Part shown: one piece after another, positions 38,203 through 51,599 of the stretch
Layout: each line of letters starts with the position of its first letter
Position numbering within the stretch: the stretch's first letter is position 1
NCBI RefSeq assembly: GCF_001194135.2
Contig: NC_068982.1
Span: 77,534,384-77,597,780 of the forward strand
Reading direction: 5' to 3'
Source: Octopus bimaculoides
Taxonomy: Eukaryota
DNA length: 63,397 nucleotides
Notes under the pieces: model-generated
The model's database searches: none
What the model saw: the letters and a program-made list of their open reading frames with translations, nothing else
Told to the model about the DNA's origin: nothing
Translations under genes and position numbers: made by a program

Positions 38203-39972
38203 CTGAAAAAAGCAAGTCAAACAGAATGTTAATTGAAAAATTATTTTCACAATAGACTTTATTTTTAATATCCTTATAATTTATTGTTGTTATGTATGGC
38301 ATTTAATATTAATATATTTGAAATAGAGTTATTTAACTCTTAAAGACCTGTAATGCTTAAATATTTCAATCATGCTAGAAACTAAAGATTTTGGGTGAAA
38401 TGCAGTCAGTCCAATATAAAAATCATAAAAATATTAATATTGCATGAAAGCTAATTGAAAATTATCATTGGTGTACATTTTGAATGTGCCTTTTATCTGT
38501 TGTTGATTTTAACCTGTTGTCATGTCACTTTCACCTACCCAAGTCGGCTGAAAACAGCTAAGTTGATTACACATAAGTGTTTTCATATATTTTTATGAAA
38601 TATTGATTCCCAGGTATTGATTGATTTCATAACTCAGAGCTAGTCTCTGTAACTTAGGAGCTGTGCAACTCCCAATAGAAAAAGAATTTTAAGATATATT
38701 TTCATCTCCTCCATTTAAAAGTTTTGTAAAGCGCAACAAATTAGTATTATTTAGACTTAAAACAATTATGCTCTTCATGTGAACCCACTAGTATACAGAG
38801 AGTTTACCTTTAAAAGATATCAGTAAGTTAATGCTTTTCTTTTTTATCAATCCTTATCATTAACTAACAAAAGCATCAATGCAATATCAGCTACATGATA
38901 ATTCTACTGCTCACAATCAATAAATCCTGATATCACTTAGATTGCTGGTGGTACTTAAATATCACTTAAATTAATTTAACCAAGATCAAGATCTCTTTCT
39001 CAAATTAAATCATCAATAAATTATAATAAATAAATCATTGATAAATAGCACCACAGAATTAATTCACTGCTTGTATTACTAACTGCCATTATGCTCAAAA
39101 ATCAAATGAAAAAAACTCAGAAAAATTCAACCAATAAACCATGAAAAATGCACACAGTGCAAAGAGAATATCTTTTGACAGGAAATTCTTCTAAAATGAG
39201 AGTAAATTTTGTTTCTTTCAGTTTTTGACCCCAAAAAACAATACAGTTACAATAGCAGTTACATGTGGTGTAGAATTTGATAACTGTTGTGGGTATTTGC
39301 AGCATAAGACTTTAAGAGTTAAACTTTACCCTAAAAAATGACTAGTTAAGCAAGGTTAGTTTCAGTTTGGTAACTGAATAAATTCTTATTAAGTAATTAA
39401 TAAGCAATCTGGGAAAGTAGCTTGTCTGTAAGGGATAGTTACTATGATGTTGTAAGCTTAAACTTTGTAGACAAGTTAATGTTATCATATTTAATGCAAG
39501 AAGCATTAGAAAGCAACTTGCAAAAAAGAAATTATGCAGGGAAAAAAGGGAATATTATCAATTAATGACTAATGCTATTTTATTTGTTCTTGCAAGAGTA
39601 GGAGACAACTCTGAACATGTTTGGGTCTTATAAGACTTTTTCAGCATTTAGACTCCTCTATCCTTGCTGAAGAAGCTTTGAATTTTTAAGTTGACAATTT
39701 GAATTGTCAAGTGAAAATTAGGGGAGACTTTCTACAGAATGGTGGCATCTCACAGGGTCATACTTTAAGGGGAAAACACAGGACAAAAATGCTCAATTTG
39801 AAGCTAAAAGAAACCTAATATTCCCAAATAAGAGTTTTTTTCTAATTTATAAATTATAACTAAAGCAATTATGTTAATTGGTATCAAAATGTTTAAAATA
39901 AGTGAATATTATTGAATACACATACAAAAAAAATACAAGATTGATTTCAAAAGATGAGCTTAGAACACATAC

Positions 39973-40107
39973 GTTAGCAACATGACTTCGCATTTGGAGC
40001 TTTTGATAACGTCTTAATAAAAGTAAGCCAGCAACCACATCAGAGGGAACTACATCAAGCTCTCGGAAGAATTCAGTGAAGAGTTGGGCAACTTCAGATA
40101 TGGAGTT
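39973..40107 (-). CDS. DAGLA: Diacylglycerol lipase alpha, internal coding exon
   Basis: ttccag|NSISEVAQLFTEFFRELDVVPSDVVAGLLLLRRYQKLQMRSHVAN|gtatgt, 135 nt, phase 0/0. Matches the DAGLA FFRDLDIVPSDIIAGL motif recalled from the human protein. Confidence 0.95.
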
Positions 40108-40669
40108 CTGGAAAAAGTAGGAAAAAAAACAAACAATAAGATTAGATGATAAACAATTTATAAATCTAATAATTGCAGCTGAAATAGATGAAGTAGTTGG
40201 CATAATGGAATTTAATGATGAAGAATAACAGCATCTTGTAATCAGTTGATTTAATGATCTTAATTGAAATTAAACATCAATAAATTTGAAGGAAATATAA
40301 TGTTATATGTTTGAAATGTGGTAATGTAGCCACACAACTTCTATCAGATATAGCAGATATGTGTAAATATGGGATCATTTATCTTAGTAAAATAAAGATA
40401 AACTTAACAAAATTAGTTTTATTTAAAAAAACAAAATCAAACATTCCTTTGTAAGAATCATACAGGATTATACATTCACACATGTACAACATTTACACTC
40501 AGACATCAGTTGAATGTATTATACAGGTGTGGCAAAAAAAAAAACCCACCCACATTTTACATGCTGCCAAATGCTTATGTGGGAGGTTTTTTTTTGTCCC
40601 ATTAATCACAGTGGCCCTACAAATGTTTGTAACTGCTGCTCTTTTTCCAATGACAAGTGATAAAATCAT

Positions 40670-40900
40670 CAACAACATTTAATGTCCATTTTCCATGCTG
40701 GCATGGGTTGGATGATTTGATAGGAGTTGACAAGCCGGAGGGCTGCACCAGGCTCCTGTCATCTGTTTTGGCATGGTTTCTATGGCTGGATGCCCTTCCT
40801 AACACCATCCACTTTACAGAGTGTACTGGGTTCTTTTTATGTGACACTAGCATGGGTGCCTTCTACATGGTGTCAGCATGGGTGCTTTTTACATGGCACA
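40670..40900 (-). mobile_element. RTE 3' UTR fragment
   Basis: Reverse complement of the same core. Confidence 0.75.
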
Positions 40901-41984
40901 AATAAAATAAAGTAAAAAACAAAAAATAAATTGCATTTAACTAATAGATACCAGGTAATATGAGCTAAGCCAAATGCTAGCAACATTGGCATTAACCTTA
41001 TTGAAACTAATCCACCTGAGACTACCCCTGTTTCTGTGTTACAAAATTCATGCTTTCAAGGGATCTAAAGTAAAAATTTAAATCAAAATTTTGTATTACT
41101 TTATGTTCCAAACACCTGATTAGTAATGACATTGTTATTTTAATATTTAAAAATTTAAGTGAAATAAAGGCAGTGTATTTCAACAGAAATATTATAATGA
41201 AATGTCTTTTCTGTCAAGCCTTATCTGTTTTACAAGTAATGGATTTCTTATTTCACACATTGTTGAATGTACAAAGTGAGCAGATCTTTGTTGATAGAAG
41301 AAACAACAACATTACGTTATTCGTGGCAACTTTTATAGAGTACAAATGTAAACAAACTCACATATGCAAGTACAGACACTCATGTACATGTATGTGTGTG
41401 TGAGTGTATATACATATACAGCACACACACACACACACATGGTTTTCTTTCAGTTTTCATCTGGTATATTGTGAAACTGGACCCAAAACCACTTGGTTGG
41501 GAAACAAAACCTGTTAATTACACAACCATGCCAGCATCTGTTACACACATATACATGTGCATGCACTCACAAATGCTCAGACACACACACACACTACTTC
41601 TTAAGCTCAATCAAATGATAAACAACAAGTCTGTTGATCTTAGACTTTAAGACTAAAAAAATTACAAATTAGAAATATTGTCATTTGATTAACAATGCTG
41701 CTGTTACTCATAGCTTGAAAATGTTGTATAATTATCAAGAATTTGTTTCATAAAGTTTCTTTTTAAATATCATATTGCTCCCCATAAAACTCTGGGAAAC
41801 CCACCCCCACCCAAGTATATGCCTAGTTCCTCTATCCCCACTCAACTCATACCTTGAGGAGCCATTTAGACATTGCATCACCATTATTTAGATGCAACCA
41901 GAATCTGTTCTGTTTGTTCCCCCTTCTCTCATACTTTAGCCCCTCATTTCCAAGTATAAAGACCCACACACATATGCACATTTC

Positions 41985-42210
41985 CAATTTCATAGTTTTG
42001 CAAAACTGCATGGCAACCTCTCAGGTGCTGGTGGCTTTAAAAAGCACCCCGTACATACTGTAAAGTGGTTGGTATTAGAAAGGGCATTCAGTAGAAACCA
42101 TGCCAAAACAGACATTGGTGCGCTATGTAGTCCTTGGATCCATTAGATCCCATCAAACTGTCCAACCCATGTCAGCATGGAACATGGACGTTAAATGATG
42201 ATGATGATGA
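41985..42210 (+). mobile_element. RTE 3' UTR fragment
   Basis: Same core with (TGA)n tail. Confidence 0.75.
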
Positions 42211-42340
42211 TAGAATAGAACTTAGCAATACATAAATGCTATAGAAATAATGGTGTAATGGCACTGGATGTAAAAAGGAGCAGTTTGGTACAACACAAAT
42301 CAAACATATTTGAACAGTATCTATGACAGTAATATTACAA

Positions 42341-42575
42341 GAAGGCAGCGAGCTGGCAGAATTGTTAGCATGCTGGGCAAAATGCTTAGCAGTATTTCGT
42401 CTGCCATTACATTCTGAGTTCAAATTCCTCTGAGGTCAACTTTGCCTTTCATCCTTTCAGGGTTGATTAAATAAGTACCAGTTACACACTGGGGTTGATG
42501 TAATCGACTTAATACCTCTTTTTACCCTTGCTTGTCCCCTGTTTAGCCCCCTATGGGCAATAAAGAAATAAATAT
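42341..42575 (+). mobile_element. tRNA-derived SINE, family A
   Basis: Same consensus as 16309. Confidence 0.85.
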
Positions 42576-43021
42576 TAGAACAAAAAAAAAAATTCCACTC
42601 AAAAATGAGGTAATATAGAGCATAATTTGAATTGATCCCAATTTAGCTGGAAAGTTTTCATGATACATGTTGCTAAACATTTCTTTTGCATCTATTATTC
42701 TTTGTTAATTTGAGCAGACACAATGTCTTGATAGTATTCCATCAACATTTGCATAGAGTTGATATTCATTTTATTGAAAAGTACCAATAATTGCAATCTG
42801 TTTTAGCATAACTAAGTTAAGGTGTTTTTAAAATGGTAAAATCTTATTTAGATTCTATTCCCAATTTAACTTTTCCCAACAAAAATAGTTCCATAAAAAA
42901 TAATTCATAGAAAATACAATTGGGTGACAATAATGTAAACATTTCAGAAGATTTTTCAGAGAAGCATGCAATAATATAATAAAATTAAATATTCTCTAAT
43001 TCTGTCACATTATAAAACAAT

Positions 43022-43067
43022 AACACAACGTTTCGGCTGATATACCCACCAGCCTTCATCAGGTGTC
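43022..43067 (-). ncRNA. Minimal type-I hammerhead ribozyme (dimer type), intact core, sense in DAGLA pre-mRNA
   Basis: Minus strand GACAC-CUGAUGA-A-GGCUG(GUGGGUAUAU)CAGCC-GAAA-CG-UU-GUGUU. Helix I GACAC/GUGUU, helix II GGCUG/CAGCC, palindromic ACGU helix III, GUU cleavage triplet. Confidence 0.8.
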
Positions 43068-43074
43068 TTAACCA

Positions 43075-43241
43075 CAGGCTACTAACCCCAAAATTCCGAG
43101 TTCGATTCCAGGCAGTGACCTGAATAATAATAATAATAGTAATAACATCAAAAAATACCTTAGGGATGAGAGCCCAGGTTCGAAATTTCCCCAAGACACC
43201 TGATGAAGGCTGGAGGGTATATCAGCTGAAACGTTGTGTTA
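43075..43241 (+). mobile_element. tRNA-headed SINE-like element ending in a hammerhead ribozyme
   Basis: Partial tRNA arm GGCTACTAACCC, Pol III B-box GAGTTCGATTCC (43098-43109), (AAT)n linker, unique body, then the hammerhead. The A-box is missing in this copy. Confidence 0.7.
43195..43240 (+). ncRNA. Minimal type-I hammerhead ribozyme (dimer type), inverted twin of 43022-43067
   Basis: GACAC-CTGATGA-A-GGCTG(GAGGGTATAT)CAGCT-GAAA-CG-TT-GTGTT. The core is intact; the helix II closing pair is G-U instead of G-C. Confidence 0.75.
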
Positions 43242-43454
43242 ATGTTTATAACATGTGACAGAATATAGAACTGTAATACTAATGTTTACTACAGAAAATA
43301 AAGCATGCTGTATATCATATGCATGTATATCTAATTTTGCTTTTTTCTGAAAGGATATTTTGTATTAAAGATTCATATTTATTCAGATTCTCTCTGAAAG
43401 TTGAGTTTAAAGTAGAAATATTTTTGATGATGATAATAATAATAATAATAATTC

Positions 43455-43650
43455 AGACAAATACATAACAAAAATACCAGGACTTACAAATATATATAAC
43501 ACTACTGGGCACTGCACACATCCTACGCAAAACACTTTCAATACAGTAACCATAAGAGCATCACAGCAAACCACAGGACATACCCAAGGCACACAGAGCT
43601 GTGCTCGGTAGTGAAGTGAAAGCACGTTATAAAAATAAAACTACTGAATA
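43455..43650 (+). mobile_element. 5'-truncated R4/Dong-like LINE end inside (AAT)n
   Basis: DKYITKIPGLTNIYN...LLGTAHILRKTLSIQ* plus 3' UTR, with (AAT)n on both sides. Same family as 24040. Confidence 0.75.
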
Positions 43651-43684
43651 ATAATAATAATAATAGCAATAATGATAATAATAA

Positions 43685-44121
43685 TTCTTTCTACTATAGG
43701 CACAAGGCCTGAAGTTTTGTGAGAGCAGGCTAGTTGTTTATATATATATTGACCTCAGTGCTCAACTGGTACTTATTTTATCAACCCTGAAAGGATGAAA
43801 GGCAAAGCCAATCTCACTAGTATTTGAACTCCAAATGGTCAAAATGTCACTAAGCATTTTGTCCAGTGTGGTAACAATTCTAGCAGCTCGCCACCTGAAT
43901 AATAATAATCCTTTCAACTAAAAGCACAAGGCCTGAAATTTGATGGGAGGGGACTAGTTGATTACATTGACCCCAGTGTTTCACCAGTACTTAATTTATT
44001 GACCTTAAAAGGATGAAAGGCAAAGTTGACCTTGGCGGATTTGAACCCAGAACGTAAAGATGGGCAAAATGCCGATAAGCATTTGCCTGCTATGCTAATG
44101 GTTCTGCCAGCTCACCACCTT
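43685..44121 (-). mobile_element. Two tandem family-A SINEs separated by (AAT)n
   Basis: Copies at 43685-43896 and 43909-44121. Confidence 0.8.
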
Positions 44122-46234
44122 AAATAATAATAATAATAATAATAATAATAATTGTAATGATAATGATAACTTTGGTTCAAAGCCAATAATTTTAAGGGGA
44201 GGAGGTTAATCAACTGTTCCAAAATTGTTTGCTTTATAACATCAGACTCTTTATAAACTCTCACCACTGAAGCACCATTTATAGTCAAATACTTCTTCTT
44301 TAGATTATTAGTCTTCCTGGAGACCATGATGTGAAATACAAAGTTGAAAGATATCAATCATTAAAATATTAATGAAAATTGCTGGGGAACAGAAGTTGTG
44401 CATGGTGGCTAATGTACTATTATGCTGAACCTCATATTATAAGCACACTAACTTTAGATTCCTTCAATATGACTTAATCTTTGTTTTTTATTGTGCTTTA
44501 CTAGATTTAAAACAAATTACATCATGATTATATCATGATAGTTAAGCAAGAACTAGTTTATCATAAGAAAAATCAGTTACAGTTATTAAGTTTTCAGTGA
44601 GTATATATTCAAACTCTCCTCAGATTATAAGAGGGAAGTATGAAAGAATATGAATATGAAAGAGTAAGTCTTATATAATTAAGAAGCTGAATATAGAAAA
44701 AAAGTTAAGTGAGGAGGGGTAAATTGAAAAGTAAGCAAAGTAAATTGAAAAGTAAGCTAGTTAGTTAAGAGAGGGTGAGGAGTACAAGAAAGAAAGGATA
44801 TATTTCTTAGAAAGTGGAGTCAAAGCAAATAATAAACAAGGGTGTGTACTGTTGAAATGTAACTTGTCTTTGGTCCTTATTTTAGTCATTTTCCTATTAT
44901 CTCACCATCTGTTAAGAATATTTCATAACAAAGAACAGGACAAATGGAATTTTTTTTCTATCCAGGATAATATATTACTAATATTTATGATTTTACCATC
45001 TTTGGAGAATCTGTAGCTCTCACCTAGTAGAAGTTGTGTATGGTGGCTAAGTCACTCTCTTAATTCAGATTTTGTCAGGTTTATCCTTATATCTCCTTTA
45101 TTGGGATATGGTTTAACAAGTGTTCCTTGAATATTATTTTACTGATCAATATCTTGTGCATATATGTACATATGAAAAACAAATTTATACATGTTAAAAA
45201 GAAAATATAAATGTCCACCTCTAAAAAACATACAAAAACGTTTCTAATATTCATGTATCCATCATCAACAAGATATTTATCCATATACTCCAGTCATGAT
45301 AAAAAAAACCCCAGTAATATTTGATAGTAAGTGTTAAGTTAAAGGTATGTCCTATATTTTATGGATGTCATTGTTAATATATACATGTTTAACCTTTTAG
45401 CATTCAAATTACTGTCATATGTAATTGCTTATTTCTAAACATTGTTTTGAATTAATCATGCATTATCTTATAGCCTCAAGATATTGATGAGGTGATTGTA
45501 TATTTTTAGAATGATATTATAGGGAAGATAAAGATTTAAACTATCCTTGGAGAAATGACATTACACCCATATGTCATTCTGACTGGATTGTGCCACTGTA
45601 AATAGAAGTGTTAAAACCTTACTCCAAAGATATTACAGAAGTATGGACCGTAAAGATGACCAGAAAATACATCAATTAAATTTAGTGGAATTAGAAATAT
45701 TAGAATATGATTAATTCATACCACTTGAAATTTTTATTGTTAATGGCATGATGTTAGGTATAATTAAATGGTTTATACTCAGAGAGTATTAATCAAAATA
45801 TAGTATTCATATATATTATATGTATGTGTAAATATATATAAAGAGAGATTAATATGAAATTAACCCATTATTATAAATACATGCTAATACTTTTGCTGTA
45901 TTCATTTTCTAAACAATAATCTAGAGGAAAATAAAGAAATAATCTGATTTTTTTCCAGAATACAATTTAAGACTAAATTAGCTGATTCAGCTGAATGAAG
46001 TTATTATGAACATTCTTATCTTTTAGCAACAGAAAAAATTTATGTATCATGGGAGACACAATATGTGAAATACGTTTTAACTTTGAATAATCCCTCTAAG
46101 GTCAAGTTTACTTTTCATCCTTCTGGGATTGATAAAATAAATAACCAGTCCAGTGCTGGGGTCAGTAGTATTGACTAACCCACTCCCTTGAAAACTACAG
46201 GCCTTGTGCCAAAATTTGAAACCATTATCAGTAT

Positions 46235-47160
46235 TTTCCTAACATGCTTTATCAGTTGGCAAGGATCTTGAGGTTTTGTGACAACAGGTCTCCTCAAGTC
46301 ACAGGAATCTTTCTTAAGATTCTTGCAGAATACAGGACTACACTTTTCTGCAAGTCAACAATGTGAATCTCAATTCCTATATCCTTCAGTCTCTTATGTA
46401 GCAGTTTGGGTGCTGTGCCAAGAGCACCAATTACCACAGGAATAATTGTCATCTTAGTCTCTTCATCTCTCTTAGGTTAGGTCCTGATATTTCTCAATTT
46501 CTTTGGTCTCTACTCTATTATCAAATGATAATGCAAAGTTTATGAGCTTACACTATTTGTTCCTTTTGTCCTTTTGTTCCTATAATTACATCTGTTTTTT
46601 TTGCTTCAGCAGTAGGACCAGATTTTATAAGGAAGTCCCATAAAATCCAGTAATTCTTTCTGGAGTGTCATCAAGTGCTCACTGCCCTCTACTGGCTGGG
46701 CAATGTGGTTGGTGAAAGTTCTACATTAGCAGTATATAACCATCAAATATTGAGCAACAGCAATGACATTCTCAGGGAAACACTACCATAAATAATTTCC
46801 AAAAATCTTTGGCCTGGCAAAGCTTCCAAACAGTGCTGCCAATTTGAGATAAACTTTACAAGTACAGAAGCACAGTGTGAGGCATGCAAAGTAATGAAAC
46901 CATTTGGCATGCACTTGTGCAGTGTCCAAGGTATGTCGAACAGCTGTTATCACATGTAGGATGAATCTGACATGTAAGCTGAATTCATTGTGAGGATCGT
47001 CCCACCACCCACCTTAACAAAGCAGGGCAGGTGGTGTTTCTTTGTCTAGTTGCTATGATGAAAGAGGTCATGTGGTGGATGAGACTGAAAGGATTGAGGA
47101 AAGACACCTGCTTCAGTCAAACTCTCATCGACTTTTCCATGTTCCCTTTCCACTCTCACT
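46235..47160 (-). mobile_element. Degenerate RLE-type LINE 3' fragment, second family
   Basis: Minus strand MTIIPVVIGALGTAPKLLHKRLKDIGIEIHIVDLQKSVVLYSARILRKIPVT*. The upstream part is decayed. Confidence 0.7.
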
Positions 47161-50100
47161 GTCTTTTGCAAGTGGAAATGCTACCCACCTAGTGAATTTG
47201 TGAAAAGGTGGGTGACTGTAGCAAAAATGGTTAGGGTGAATAGTCCTGCTCTCAGCATGCACTTGTAGACTGGAGAACAATAACTGCGTGAGGACTCATG
47301 CCTTTGGTGGTTAGAGTAAGCCTGAATATGTGGGTCTCCTTGAATGGTCCTAATTAGAGCTTTTCCTGTATCAGGAGGACTGCATTGTTTATATTATCAC
47401 ACCTTTATTTCATTTCACAGCTTTTTCCCTTTCACTTCCCTCATCTTTTATGTAACCCCAGCCCATGCACTCACAAATTGATGACAATCCTTGTGATGTC
47501 CCCCTCATCTATACTCCTGTGGCTTATTATTATTATGCTGTGTTTTTGTCTTGTCCTTTTTCTGTTTCAGTTTGTGTTACTCTTATCCCCAGCTGCTTGT
47601 ATATTTCCATTCTCAATGAAGTATCTAAATGCATATTTATTTAGGAAAATATTTTTGTTCACCCCAAATTAAATTTTTCAAATCTACTATCATTTTCTAC
47701 TTCATATTTTCTTCTTTCAACCGTAATTATTTAATTATTTTATAATAGTTATTTATTTTTAGAAAGAATACTAAATATATCTTGTATACATCAACATTAG
47801 GATGGTGTATTCTAAATCCTGTGAATGAATTCCCTCAATTCCCTGTCTATGTTTCTTAATACAATATCCAATGTCTTTGTTTAAATCCAAAGCAGAAGCT
47901 AGTTATAATAATATCTACTTCATTTATATTTTTCTTCTGTAGATATTTCTCTTCCTCATACTAATCTAATTTACATGTAATATTCTGATATGAAATTTTC
48001 TTTCATCTCTATTTATAGTATATTGCCTGCTTCCTAAATAATTATAGGTTTGTTTTTGTATCTAGATCATTGATTTTCTTTTTATCATTATCTATTATTG
48101 ATATCAAGTAGTTGAACTGGAACAGACAGTATGAGGACAATAAACTAACCAGATAAATTAAATGGCACTGGAGAGATGAGTTGGAAAGACAAGTTAGCCC
48201 ATGTTGATGACTCTTTTACTGGGGTTGAAAACATAAATACTGATTATATTTTTTACCCCAGTTAATTATATTCCTTACGTATATATTGATTTGGGTAAAT
48301 CCAAACATTGTCCATGCATCCATCTATCTTCTCCACCTGGGTTGTGCGGGTAGAGTCCTCAGTTACCTCTGCCATGGAGGTACCTGTCAGAAGCAGCCTC
48401 ATTAAACTTTCTGGTTGGATTTCTAAGCATTGCTAACTGAGACTATAGATATTATTCAACCATCTCATTCTTAGTCTAGACCTAAGTCAGATCTTTTTGG
48501 TTGCTGTCATAGAATTGGAAATTTTTAAATTTGTATATTGATGTAATTTTTCATGTTGAATCTGAATTTGGGATTCATATATTTCAAAAGAAAAACTTTA
48601 TAAAATGATCCAGTGGTCTAAAGTTTGATAAGTTTTAGCCAATCAGAAAACAGGCAGTGGAAGCTATGCATTTTCTGTATGATGTGATAGCTGACTGATT
48701 AGCAACAAAATGAAAGCAAAACATTATGAAAGTTTTAATAAGTTTTAATGAGTTAAAAAAAAGGAAAAATCTTTGACAAAATTTTTTTGTGAAAAATATA
48801 AAAACAAACTGTGAGATATACTGTGAAAGTTCACGTAAACAAATTAAAAATTTAAAAACAAAAGTTTGAGATACACTCTAGGAGTTTATCAAAGAAATTA
48901 CAATTTTCATATCTCCTGCACCACAAAAACTTGCAAATAATGAGTCACCCACAGAATGGTGGGTCCCACAGTGTTGTTTATTCCTTTGTTTCGGACAAGT
49001 CTATGTGCTTTTGACTTGTTGTGTTTGAGTCCCATCTTGTGGTGGTGGTTATGGTGGTGAAAGTGTTACATTCATGTATAAAAATATGGCAGACTACAGC
49101 TTTGCTTATTACTATGGAAAGAGACATCAGTGTGAGATTTGTAGTCATGTATGATATGGTAGCTTTTAATTGGCAAAAATTTCCCTGAAATTTGCAAACT
49201 TTGCAAACTATTATCTTTTAATTTATTAATTTATGGCAAAAATGAATTTCATTTTCAGAATTAGCATATAAAACTAAACCAGTATGCTAAATTTGAAAAG
49301 TGGAAAACTGGTATGCTAAATTTGAAAACAAGTGCAATAAAACTGAATCTGTAACAGCAACCAAAAAGATATCCTAAGTCTCCTGTTTGTAAGCTTGAAG
49401 AACCCATTGAATCAAGGGCAGTTTCAGGCAGGTTGGTATCAAAAGAACTGGACTAGTATACTACTCTGTTTCAAATACAATACAGTAAGCAATTATCTAA
49501 TGGCTGAATTTTATAGTCATTCCTTATGTTACATGCTTAATTCATTGAGAGAGCTGAGAAGAAATTGTATATTTATTTTATAATGTGCTAAGAAGAAAAA
49601 TAATATTTGTATTTATTAAATAAAAGCATTTGCATAGAGGAAATTTAAAAAAAAAATAGCAAACATCTCTCTTTCATAGCAATTTAGTCTGCATATTTTT
49701 GAAGCTTCATTTTTTTCATTAGAATTATAACATATACGATTTTTGTATTATTTCTATAATCTACAGCTGAAAGCTTTCTAAATTTTTTTTTTTTTTTTTT
49801 TTGACACGTCCACATCATCTTGCATTTTTACAAATACATTGTTTGTTGTATATTTTAAAGCTTCTATTTATATATTTTACACATACATTATACAAATACC
49901 GAGTCATTTACATAGTTTTATTTTAATCATCATAAATCCCCTTTTTTCTTTATTCATCTCTTTTTGTCATAGAGATTAAAATCTCTGACTCAGCTAATCA
50001 CATTTTGTTTTTGTGTCTACACAGAGAACATTTTTAACCACAGAACAAACATATTTTCTAGACATGGTGTTTTCAATAGATACAATGATTTTAGCAGTTC

Positions 50101-50214
50101 CATATATCGACCACTAAATATCAACAAAGAATGATGGGATACATTTCCTGGCCATTTGAAAAGTTAACTAGATTATTTTTAACTTGCTTGTAGTTTTAGG
50201 TTCAAATTCTACCA

Positions 50215-50245
<31 letters not shown>

Positions 50246-50263
50246 GTCTACATCATCATTATT

Positions 50264-50670
50264 GAAGGTGGTGAGCTGGCAGAATCACTAGCATGCCAGA
50301 CAAAAAGTAAATTCCACTGAGGTTGAATTAGCCTTCCATCCATTTGGGGATCAATATAGGCACCAATTGAGCACTGGAGTTGATGCAATTGACTTTAACC
50401 TCCCTCCTGAAATTGCTGGCCTTGTACCAAAATTTGAAACCATTATTATTATTATTGACGGTGGCAAGCTGGTAGAATTGTTACCACACTGGACAAAAAT
50501 GCTTATTGGCATTTCATTTGTCTTTATGTTCTGAATTCAAATTCTGTCAAGGTTGACTTTGCCTTTCAACCTTTTGGGATATTAAAATAAGTGTCAGTCA
50601 AGCAATGGAGTTGATGCAATCAACTTTCCCATCCCTCAAAATTGCTTGCCTTGTACCAAAATAAGGATTA
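50264..50670 (+). mobile_element. Two tandem family-A SINEs separated by (ATT)n
   Basis: Copies at 50264-50443 and 50457-50670. Confidence 0.8.
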
Positions 50671-51374
50671 TTATTGTTATCATAATTTTTGATAAAGATT
50701 TTTGTTTTTTCTTTGTTAGCATTGGTGGGAGGGTTTTTTTAAAATAGAGTTAGACCTCTAATTTTGCAATAAGTTTCCTTTCCTACAGTAAGCCACTCAA
50801 CTGTATGAAACCAGAGAGTTACTTATTTCACACTTTGCAGATTGACATTCACTGAGTAATGTATTTCTATGAGTGGAGCACAAATCAATAGTTATGGAAC
50901 AAATTTAATTTTAAACTTTGTGGTCTCAAGCCATTTTTTTTTGTATCATTTTAATTGATAAATGCCAGTATTAGTTTCCACTGAATAAGCATTGTACAGT
51001 CTAGAGAAAAGAGTGCCTTTTTTTTTTAATTACAGTTACAATCCACTCAGCAGGTTTCTCTGCAGTTTCCATCAACCTAATTCAAGTCAGAAGGTATGGG
51101 GTGACTAAAGGCTATGGAAAATGACAATTGCTCAAGATGCTACACAGTGGAATTGTACCAAAGACCTTCTGCTTGCAAAGTAAATTTCTTAACCATTTCA
51201 CCATACTGTGCCTATCCTAATTAAATATGGTAATGAAAATGAGGTAATCTTTAAATAACAGTTTTGAAAGCCATCTAAGTTAAATCAAGTTGCATATTTA
51301 TATGATTTAAGCTTTACATAATTAATATGGTAAACTTTATCTTTATTTGTTTCTGTCATTAGACTACCGCCATA

Positions 51375-51590
51375 TTCTTTTCTATTCTAGGCACAAAGCC
51401 CGAAATTTTGGGGGAGGGAGCCAGTCAATTAGATCAACCCCAGTATGCAACTAGTACTTAATTTATCAACCCCAAAAGGATGAAAAGCAAAGTTGACCTC
51501 AGCGGAATTTGAACTCAGAACATACAGACAGCTGAAATACCGCTACGCATTTCGCCCGGTGTGCTAATGTTTCTGCCAGCTCACCACCTT
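51375..51590 (-). mobile_element. tRNA-derived SINE, family A
   Basis: Reverse complement of the family A consensus; abuts a family-B copy. Confidence 0.85.
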
Positions 51591-51599
51591 AGACTATCA

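Noticed and set aside
43075-43125. Functional tRNA gene
   Set aside because: Only the anticodon/T-arm remnant and B-box are present; no acceptor stem or D-arm. It is a SINE head.
48510-49330. Possible decayed DNA transposon with short internal direct repeats
   Set aside because: No matching TIR pair or coding remnant could be established by eye.
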